The position numbers and the translations under genes were made by a program. This document shows positions 9,408 to 18,200 of a stretch of 58,581 nt of DNA, piece after piece. The first letter of the stretch is position 1; each line of letters opens with the position of its first letter. The notes beneath the pieces were generated by a model. That model was given only the letters and a program-made list of their open reading frames with translations. It was not told the origin of the DNA and did no database searches. Source of the DNA: a virus (Duplodnaviria > Caudoviricetes); the IMG/VR virus record IMGVR_UViG_3300025732_000046, positions 1 to 58,581 of that record. The stretch is one strand, 5' to 3'.

Positions 9408-12179
9408 TTATTTAGAATTTGCTTCAAGAACTTCCACTCTTGTTACCAATTCTTTAATAGATTCAATCAAAACAGGAATTAATCCACTATAATTTACTGT
9501 TTTATTTTGATCTCCACTTACCAATTCAGGAATAATATTTTCAAGTTCTTGTGCAATTACACCAAGTGATGGTTTTCCACTTTCCTTCCAATTGAATTTA
9601 ACTCCTCTAATATTTCTAATTGTTTCAAGTGCATTAGTAATATTAACAATATTTTCTTTTACTCTAATGTCAGAACCAGAGTTTACATCACCAGTAACAG
9701 TTAATGTTCCAGTAGAAGGATTAAAACTAAATGCAGTTGCTGCAGTTCTTATACTTGGTGTTTGATCACCAATTCCAGCAACGAATACTGGATAGAAAGT
9801 AGCATTTGTTGTTACTGCAGTGGAGTTAAGTGTGTTTGAAGGTCCCGTTGAACCTTGAATTGAAGTACCTTGAATACCCTGTCTTCCCTGAATACCCTGA
9901 GATCCTTGTGGTCCAAGAGCCCCCTGAATACCTTGAGCACCTTGAGGTCCAGTTCCTCCAGGAACACCTTGAGTTCCTTGAAGTGCAGTACCTTGAATAC
10001 CTTGAATACCTTGCTGACCTTGAGTACCTGTGGCACCCTGAGTACCTGTTGCACCCTGAACACCAGTAGTGCCCTGTGTTCCAGATCCAGTAATACCCTG
10101 AGAACCTAAGGCACCTTGAGCACCAGTAGTTCCCTGAGATCCTGTTGTTCCCTGAGATCCTGTTGTTCCCTGTCTTCCTTGAATACCCTGAAGACCTTGA
10201 GCCCCAGTAGCACCTTGAGTGCCAGTAGTACCTTGAGAACCAGTAGTTCCCTGTGTTCCTCCAGAACCCTGAGAACCTGATATACCTTGAATACCCTGAG
10301 CACCTGTAGCACCTTGAGTACCCGTAGTTCCTTGAGAACCTGTAGTTCCCTGAATTGCAGTACCTTGAATGCCCTGAATACCTTGTTGACCTTGAGCACC
10401 TGTGGCACCTTGAGCACCTGTTGTACCCTGAGCACCTGTAGTTCCTTGTGTTCCTCCAGAACCCTGAGATCCAGCAATTCCTTGAAGACCTTGAGCACCA
10501 TTAGTTCCTTGAGTTCCTCCCGTACCTTGAAGACCTGTAGTTCCCTGTGCTCCCGTAGAACCTTGAATACCCTGTCTTCCTTGAACACCTTGAGAACCTG
10601 TAATACCCTGAATACCCTGTTGACCTTGAGGACCGGTAGTTCCTTGAGTACCCCCAGTTCCTTGAACAGAAGTTCCCTGAATACCCTGAATACCCTGCTG
10701 CCCTTGAGCACCTACTGCACCCTGAGCTCCTTGAGTACCTTGAGTTCCTCCAGTACCTTGAACTGAAGTACCTTGAATACCCTGAATACCTTGTTGACCC
10801 TGAGCACCTGTTGCTCCTTGAACACCTACTGAACCTTGAACTCCCTGTCTCCCCTGAACACCTTGAGATCCAGTAGTTCCTTGAATTGAAGTTCCTTGAA
10901 TACCTTGAATTCCTTGAGGACCAACTATTTTCCCAACATCATTCCAAATAGTTCCATCAAATACCCATAGATTTCCTGTATCTTGTGCAATTACACCATC
11001 TCCAGTTGATGGTGGATACCAAGAATAAAGATTATCTGTAAATGGATTAGTTAAAACAGTAGATCCAATTCCAGAAGTTTTAGATGGAATAGATCCGACA
11101 ATTGTAACGGATGAACCGGTGGTTCCTTGTGTTCCAGTACCCTGAATTCCTTGAACTCCTTGAGCACCTTGAGTTCCTCCAGTACCCTGAATTGCAGTAC
11201 CTTGAATGCCCTGAATACCTTGTTGACCTTGAGCACCTGTGGCACCTTGAGCACCTGTTGTACCCTGAGCACCTGTAGTTCCTTGTCTACCCTGAACACC
11301 TTGAGCACCGGTAATACCTTGAATGCCTTGTTGTCCCTGAGCACCGGTGGCACCTTGTGTTCCCCCAGTGCCCTGAATTGCAGTACCTTGAATACCCTGC
11401 TGACCTTGAGCACCTGTGGCACCTTGAGCACCTGTAGTTCCCTGAGAACCATCAGTACCTTGAGCACCTTCAACTCCCTGAGATCCAGTTATACCTTGGA
11501 GACCTTGATTGCCGTTAGTTCCTTGAGTTCCTCCCGTACCTTGAAGACCTGTAGTACCCTGAGATCCTGTTGTTCCCTGTCTTCCTTGAATACCCTGAAT
11601 ACCCTGCTGACCTTGAGCACCTGTGGCACCTTGAGTTCCTCCAGTTCCTTGAGATCCTACAGTGCCCTGAACACCCTGTCTTCCTTGAACTCCCTGAGCA
11701 CCAGTAGCCCCCTGAGTTCCACCAGAACCTTGAATACCAACAGTACCTTGAGTTCCAGTTTGACCTAAAGTACCTTGAATACCCTGAATACCCTGAGAAC
11801 CTTCTGTTCCTTGAGCACCCGTTGTTCCTTGAGAACCCGTTGTTCCTTGTGTTCCAGTTTCACCTAAAGTGCCCTGAATACCTTGAATTCCTTGAGCACC
11901 AGCAGTTCCTTGAGCACCCGTTGTTCCTTGAGAACCTGTAGTCCCTTGAATTGCAGTACCCTGAATACCCTGAATACCCTGAAGACCTTGAGAACCTGTC
12001 GTTCCCTGAGTTCCAGTAGTTCCCTGAGCACCGTTTTCAGTCCAATATCTTATACCACCATCAGTAGATGCTAATACGTATCCAGTACTAGTTGGTATTC
12101 CAAGATATCTCTCCGTCTCTTCAAGAGAGATAAACTGACCATCAGCACCTATAACCTGACCACTACTTAACTGAGCCAT
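9408..12179 (-). CDS. Collagen-like tail fibre with central globular domain and S74 chaperone
   Basis: 923 aa; G-X-Q/G-T-T repeats; SDIRVKENI...GVIAQELE...VNYSGLIPVLIESIKEL. Confidence 0.9.
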   Translation of the reverse strand: MAQLSSGQVIGADGQFISLEETERYLGIPTSTGYVLASTDGGIRYWTENGAQGTTGTQGTTGSQGLQGIQGIQGTAIQGTTGSQGTTGAQGTAGAQGIQGIQGTLGETGTQGTTGSQGTTGAQGTEGSQGIQGIQGTLGQTGTQGTVGIQGSGGTQGATGAQGVQGRQGVQGTVGSQGTGGTQGATGAQGQQGIQGIQGRQGTTGSQGTTGLQGTGGTQGTNGNQGLQGITGSQGVEGAQGTDGSQGTTGAQGATGAQGQQGIQGTAIQGTGGTQGATGAQGQQGIQGITGAQGVQGRQGTTGAQGTTGAQGATGAQGQQGIQGIQGTAIQGTGGTQGAQGVQGIQGTGTQGTTGSSVTIVGSIPSKTSGIGSTVLTNPFTDNLYSWYPPSTGDGVIAQDTGNLWVFDGTIWNDVGKIVGPQGIQGIQGTSIQGTTGSQGVQGRQGVQGSVGVQGATGAQGQQGIQGIQGTSVQGTGGTQGTQGAQGAVGAQGQQGIQGIQGTSVQGTGGTQGTTGPQGQQGIQGITGSQGVQGRQGIQGSTGAQGTTGLQGTGGTQGTNGAQGLQGIAGSQGSGGTQGTTGAQGTTGAQGATGAQGQQGIQGIQGTAIQGTTGSQGTTGTQGATGAQGIQGISGSQGSGGTQGTTGSQGTTGTQGATGAQGLQGIQGRQGTTGSQGTTGSQGTTGAQGALGSQGITGSGTQGTTGVQGATGTQGATGTQGQQGIQGIQGTALQGTQGVPGGTGPQGAQGIQGALGPQGSQGIQGRQGIQGTSIQGSTGPSNTLNSTAVTTNATFYPVFVAGIGDQTPSIRTAATAFSFNPSTGTLTVTGDVNSGSDIRVKENIVNITNALETIRNIRGVKFNWKESGKPSLGVIAQELENIIPELVSGDQNKTVNYSGLIPVLIESIKELVTRVEVLEANSK

Positions 12180-12183
12180 TTAC

Positions 12184-12516
12184 TTACTTTGCAGATTCCA
12201 GAACACTAAGAGTAAACTTCATAGAGCTATTTGATTGACCTTGTACTTCAATTTTATCACCAACTTCAAGTACTAAACTTCCACTAATAGGACTTAAAGT
12301 ATCAGTGGTAGGTATTCTTGTATTTTTACAGAGTTCATATTGAACTCCACCTCTGTTATGATAAACAGTAACTGTTGCAATTCCAGCAGAAGTGTTGGCA
12401 ATGGCAGAAAATAAATGAATTGAAGACACGCCATTAGGAACAGTATATACTGTGGTAATTCCCGTAGTTACTTCTTGCCTAAAAGTTTTATATGTATTAA
12501 GTGCTAATGCTGCCAT
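12184..12516 (-). CDS. Small virion structural/adaptor protein (paralog of 544..873)
   Basis: 110 aa; same motifs as 544..873. Confidence 0.75.
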   Translation of the reverse strand: MAALALNTYKTFRQEVTTGITTVYTVPNGVSSIHLFSAIANTSAGIATVTVYHNRGGVQYELCKNTRIPTTDTLSPISGSLVLEVGDKIEVQGQSNSSMKFTLSVLESAK

Positions 12517-12519
12517 CTC

Positions 12520-15219
12520 TTATTTTGCCCCTAAAGCGATAATAAATGGTGTTACAGTATTTAGTAAACTACGCTCAAACGATCTTCCACGAATTGTTCC
12601 AGTTGCCTGATCAATAACTAATCCATCACCAATTGCAAAGTTTCCATCCTGATCAGTGCTTGTATATACAATTTCACCACCATTTGTCTTAACAACTTCA
12701 TTTGCTTGAATAGTTACTCCACCCTTTGATGGTCTTGCTAACTCTATTGTATTTCCGGCACCAATATATTCAAACGAGTGAGAAGATACGATTTGCAAAC
12801 TTTGACGGAAGAAAAATGCCGTAGTACCAATTCCAACATCATTATTCAATGGATTTGCAAGAGTTATTGTAGAAATTCCCGCAGAAGGGGGAGTTGCTGA
12901 ACGAACCTGATAGTAAATAGGTCTCAAGTTTACAACTGCGGATATTCCCCCAAGAGATGGATCAAAAGTTACTGTAGGTGAATCTCCAGAACGATAATTT
13001 CTTCCACTACCAATCAGATTAATAGTACTAACAGATCCATTTGTGATTTCTGCAAAAGCTTCTGCATTAATTGCGGAAGGTCCAGAAGCATCACCTAAGA
13101 ACATAACTGTTGGAGCACTAGTATATCCAGATCCTCCGTTAAGGATAGTTACACTTTCAACTTCATAATATAATTCATCAAAATATACTGCTTGGCCAGA
13201 ATATGGTCTCTCTTTTCCAATTCCACTTATAGAAATCGTCAAATCACCCTCAGAAGAAATACCAGCAACTTCTCCAGTATAATGATATCCGGATTTTGTT
13301 GACGGTAAACTTAATCCATCAGAAACTAATCCGTAAGTTCCAAAGGATGAGTTTGAGTTAGTAATATCACACTGTCCACCACTTTCTGTTACAATTGCCT
13401 GATCATCACAAATTGTAAATATAGAGACCAACTGAGCATAAGCACCATTAGAAATTTTTACTCCAATTCCACCCTGATTGTACTGTGTATATGAGTCAAC
13501 ACTCATCATACCAGTAATTCCCATATCATCTTTATCACCAGGTTCTGCATAGAATCCATTTACATTCATTCCTATACTATCAGGAATAAAATTGGTACAG
13601 TTACGAATGTATGGTCCCTTTGTTACATTTCCAACACCAGGAATAAAAGAGGGATCATTAGGATTTGTAGTTCCAATACCAGAATTTCCCGGATAAGTTC
13701 TGTTAAATAAAGTTCCAATAGCGGTTGTTCCAATACCAATAATCGTTGTGACAATACCAACACAAGAATTGATAGCAGAAACTACATTTGCACAACCATC
13801 AATACTTTGATTTCCATATGCACCATCAGGTTGCATACTTAAATCTCTAACCTGAGTAAATTCAGTTTGATAATTCCCATTCCATAGAACGTTATTGATG
13901 CAAGATTTTGCAATTCCAGCGGCATATCGAATTGTATCAATAGTTTCGGTCTTTACTCCAACAATATGCTGAAGAGTTCCTCCATTATAGTAAGAAAGAC
14001 CTGCACCTACACACTTAGAGTTTCCTCCTCTTGTGATGTCGTAGCAAACTGCTCTAAAGATATCTTTAACATCATCCTTACAAGAAGTATAATCTCCACC
14101 GGATAATGTAAATGCTGGTGATCTATAATCGGTACTCGTTAAATATCCTACCGCTTCTGATGCAATAAAATCTAAATTATATCTAATCATTCTTGCGGCA
14201 TCAAAAAATCTATCAGATGCAACACCTACAAGAGGTTTAAATGCAACTACAGAAGCTCCGCTTGTAGAAGGTTGCCCCTGGAAAGATAGATCAGTTAAAT
14301 GATTACCATTTGAAACCCAGAATAAATCACTTCCAGGATTTGCTGGAGTAACAATACAATTTCTCAATTCAGCGCCTTCAATTGATACATCTGGTTCTAA
14401 AACTAATGGATTATTTTCAACATAAGTTCCAGGAGAAACTTTAACAGTATCTCCACCACTTGCTATACCTACAGCAGCCTCAATAGTTCTCTTCGGATAA
14501 TCAAGTGTTAATCCATCATTTAGATCACTACCATTCATTGCAACATAAATGGTTTTTCCTGGAGGATTAGTAACACCATTTATTGTTACATCAACTCCAT
14601 ATGAACTTGCGCTTGTAACTGTTACTCCAGCACCAACAAAATTAATTAAACTAATTGATGCAGCAGTTCCTACAGTTGAACCTTCATCTTGAACAGTAAG
14701 TCCGATGGCAACTGTAGTTCCTCCACTTGTAGGAACTGGAACAGTATCTACGGAAAGAATTTCAACAAGTTCTCCACCAAAACAAGGATCATTTAATATT
14801 ACATTTTCTCCATCCGACGCTACAAACTCATTAGGAGCAAGACGAACCCCATTTACATAAACCTCTACACTTCCCGGATAGTATGTAAAAGAAAATGTGT
14901 CTTGACCAACTGCAGCTTCAGAATATCTTGAATTTTTTATTAATGATGACCAAGTAACTCCCACACCAGTGGACATCAATATTGATTTATCACTTCCAAC
15001 CGTGCCACCAATACTTACATATCCATCCAGAAATAAATTGTTAATGGTGGTAATACCGCTAACTTTTAAATGAGTTGCTCCGATACCACCATTAACATCT
15101 AGAGTATATTGCGGATTAGTTTTTGCAATACCTATTCTATTCTGATCAGCATCTGCAAGAATAAGATCGGTATTTACTTCTAATCCGTGTTTTACGACGA
15201 AATTTTTATTAATCGCCAT
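12520..15219 (-). CDS. Virion structural protein (paralog of 877..3240)
   Basis: 899 aa; MAINKNFVVKHGLEV N-terminus; shared PYIRNCTNFIP, DSYTQYNQGGIG, CDITNSNSSFG. Confidence 0.8.
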   Translation of the reverse strand: MAINKNFVVKHGLEVNTDLILADADQNRIGIAKTNPQYTLDVNGGIGATHLKVSGITTINNLFLDGYVSIGGTVGSDKSILMSTGVGVTWSSLIKNSRYSEAAVGQDTFSFTYYPGSVEVYVNGVRLAPNEFVASDGENVILNDPCFGGELVEILSVDTVPVPTSGGTTVAIGLTVQDEGSTVGTAASISLINFVGAGVTVTSASSYGVDVTINGVTNPPGKTIYVAMNGSDLNDGLTLDYPKRTIEAAVGIASGGDTVKVSPGTYVENNPLVLEPDVSIEGAELRNCIVTPANPGSDLFWVSNGNHLTDLSFQGQPSTSGASVVAFKPLVGVASDRFFDAARMIRYNLDFIASEAVGYLTSTDYRSPAFTLSGGDYTSCKDDVKDIFRAVCYDITRGGNSKCVGAGLSYYNGGTLQHIVGVKTETIDTIRYAAGIAKSCINNVLWNGNYQTEFTQVRDLSMQPDGAYGNQSIDGCANVVSAINSCVGIVTTIIGIGTTAIGTLFNRTYPGNSGIGTTNPNDPSFIPGVGNVTKGPYIRNCTNFIPDSIGMNVNGFYAEPGDKDDMGITGMMSVDSYTQYNQGGIGVKISNGAYAQLVSIFTICDDQAIVTESGGQCDITNSNSSFGTYGLVSDGLSLPSTKSGYHYTGEVAGISSEGDLTISISGIGKERPYSGQAVYFDELYYEVESVTILNGGSGYTSAPTVMFLGDASGPSAINAEAFAEITNGSVSTINLIGSGRNYRSGDSPTVTFDPSLGGISAVVNLRPIYYQVRSATPPSAGISTITLANPLNNDVGIGTTAFFFRQSLQIVSSHSFEYIGAGNTIELARPSKGGVTIQANEVVKTNGGEIVYTSTDQDGNFAIGDGLVIDQATGTIRGRSFERSLLNTVTPFIIALGAK

Positions 15220-15251
15220 CGGGTTTCACTCTCCACCCTTTTTGTTATTAG

Positions 15252-18200
15252 TTATTTATAAATCTGCTGTTTCAATTCTTCAATTTGTCTTTGCTGCTCT
15301 TTGATTGCTTCAATTAAAACACCAACCAATCCATTATAATTAACAGATTTTGTTTCATCACCACTTACAAGATGTGGTAGAACTTCTTCAATTTCTTGAG
15401 CAATAACACCAGAAGACGAACGATTATCACTCTTCCAATCAAAATCAACTCCACGTATCTGAAGAACTTTACTCAATGGATCTTCAATTTGCTTAATATT
15501 AGTTTTTAATCTAATATCAGAATTTGAATTTAAATCAGAAGCAGTTACAATTCCAATAAAGCTTCCATTTGTTGCATTAATAGTTGTAGCAGAAACATTA
15601 GTAGTAGAAACAGTGTCAGTAACTGTAATTCCAGTGGCACTTGTTGTCAGTTTTGATGTTCCGTTATAATATAAATCAACTTCACCATCTCTTCTCATTC
15701 TAATTGCATTTTCAAAATTGGTTGAACTTGTAAGTAACCTTAGATATGCATCATCACCAGAATTAGTGTAGAAATTAACTACCTTATCCCCAAGATTCGT
15801 AAAATTAAGAGTTCCTGTTAAACTAATATTAGAATTTACAGTTAAAGATCCAGAGGTTTCTAGTACTCCATTAGAACTATTATCAAGACGATATGTATAA
15901 TCAGAAGTATCTGTTGCAGTATTATGGAAATCAATATATCTACCAATCTCCATTACACCATCACTGCCAACTATTGGAGAAATATTCCAACGATTTCCAG
16001 AAGAACCACCGACAGTATTGTTACCTAAAATTGCAGTGGTTCCAAGACCAACAAAATTAAGAGTAGCAACGTCTGTTCCGGAATTATATGATGAGGTAAT
16101 AGTAATGTTAGTTCCAGTAAAATTAATTAATGTTGCAAATCCAACATATCCACCAGAAGTTCCAACACCTACTCCTGCTTGTCCTTCTCCTCCTCCACCT
16201 CCAGTTCCAATTTTACCAAACTGCTGCCACTCATTGTTACTTGTATAAATCCAACCAATATAATCAGAATTTGATGGATTTGCATTATATTGAATGTCGC
16301 CAGGATTTCCAGCAAGAGTAGGAGTAGATTCTCCAATAGTATATTTTCTAGAAACTTTTACATCTCCCTGTAAGAATAAAGAAGTAACTTCAAGTCCTTT
16401 ATCTGATGTTGAAGTTACTTTATCATTGAATATAACAGGACCATTAAACTCAGATGTTGCATTTCCGTCTGAACCACCGTCAACTCTAATTGAACGACTA
16501 AAATTACCCTCAATAGGAGTAATAACATTTAATGCTGGATCGTTACCAATATCTTCACCAGTAATAGTTTGAATTGGAGTATCAAAAATTTCCTCTTGAC
16601 CAGTAACTGTGCTTAACTTCTTGTTTCCAGAGTATGAAATACCCTTATCATTCATACCAGTGTAGAAGTTAATGCCACCTTCTCTTCTGGTTGACTGTGC
16701 AAGAAGTTCTTCTTGTGCGGAAATTTGACGATTTTGTTTGTCTGGGAAAGCGGTAGAATAGTTACCAGGACCAAATCCAACATATTCAAAAGTATGCCCA
16801 GAAGCACGAATAATTGAGTGTCTTCTAAATTCTACTGGATTTACAGAAACTCTTCTAACAACTGAATTAATAACGTGACTTGTTGCTTTAGTACCCAGAG
16901 CACCACGGAATACTGTAATATTATCTCCTTCGGCAATAGTATTTGAAACTGTTGATTTAACTCTTACAAGTTCATCATCAATTTGCAAATAGTCGCCAAT
17001 ATTAATATCAAGTTTATTGATACCACGAATAGTTACATCTTCCGTAGTTTCATCATCAATTCCAAAGTAAAGAGTAGTAGTTATTCCCGCATAAACAGGA
17101 TTCATTCTACCACCAATATTCTCATAATTTGAAGAAATTACTCCATCATTTGAAGTGATTCCTTCTGGATAAACATAAATCGTTCCAGCAGTTGATGGTA
17201 CATTAGTAGAAATACCAATATCAGCTACAAATGAGGTTAAACTGAGATTCTTGGTAACTACAAAATCTCCATTATAAAGATTTTGAGTTGCACCAGTTAT
17301 TTTAACTTTATTTCCAACAGAGAATCCGTGCCTATCTTGTGTTGTTATCGTGGCAAGTCCAACAACATTATTATAAGAAATAGAACTTATTCTATTTGAT
17401 TTACCTGTCAAATATACAAATGCATTTTGTGTTACAGTTACACCTATCCCAGTGGTAGAAAAACCAGAAACTGAACTTGAAGATTCGGCAGTAAAACTCT
17501 TAGCAACTCCAGTAGAAACGTTAGTAATTCTGTAAAGATTATTATATCCCTGATATGATTCTGAAGAAACTCCAGAAATTCTAACTACATCACCAACATT
17601 ATTATAAATTTGAGTAACTCTTACTCTTGCAGGAACAAATGAAGTAGTTGTTGCAATACCAACAACCTGAAGAACATTGCCAACAGCGTAAGAACTACCA
17701 CCGTCCATAACTATAACTTCATCAACATCTCCAGAAGGAGTTACAGAAACCTTTGCAGTGGCGTGTTGACCTGTGGTAGAACCAGCAAGTCCAACTAATC
17801 TTGCGTTATAGTATGTTCCTTCAATATATCCAGAACCTTCTTCTCCAGTAATAATCTCAACTTTAGTAACTCTGTTTAGTCCGTGATCTATTGAAGTGTG
17901 TATTCTATGAGATGTTGCAGAACTTGAAATGATATTGGTAATTCCTATACCAACATTACTATCTAAAAGTAACTTAGAAACAGTTTCTTTTGTAATGCTA
18001 TTACGAACATCATCAACTACAACCTCACCAATTAAAGAAGAAGAAGCAAATGATTTAGTTTCTTGCGGATCAGAAACTGGATTATCACGGTTAACTTGTG
18101 GATATAACTCTTTAACTGGTTGAGAATAACTTTCTCCCGTAAATGGAGAAACTACTGGAGTATTGGAAGCATTAACTAAAGTTAAATGATAAACACCGTC

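Noticed and set aside
14-12074. Many alternative-frame and plus-strand ORFs rich in L/N/T/S or K/V/F/R (e.g. 14..328, 3526..4179, 3659..4276, 10106..10711, 11127..11768)
   Set aside because: Shadows of the 9-bp collagen-coding repeats, which lack stop codons in other frames
9408-12179. Diversity-generating retroelement acting on the fibres
   Set aside because: No reverse transcriptase in the window, and the repeat pairs examined show no adenine-specific mismatch pattern
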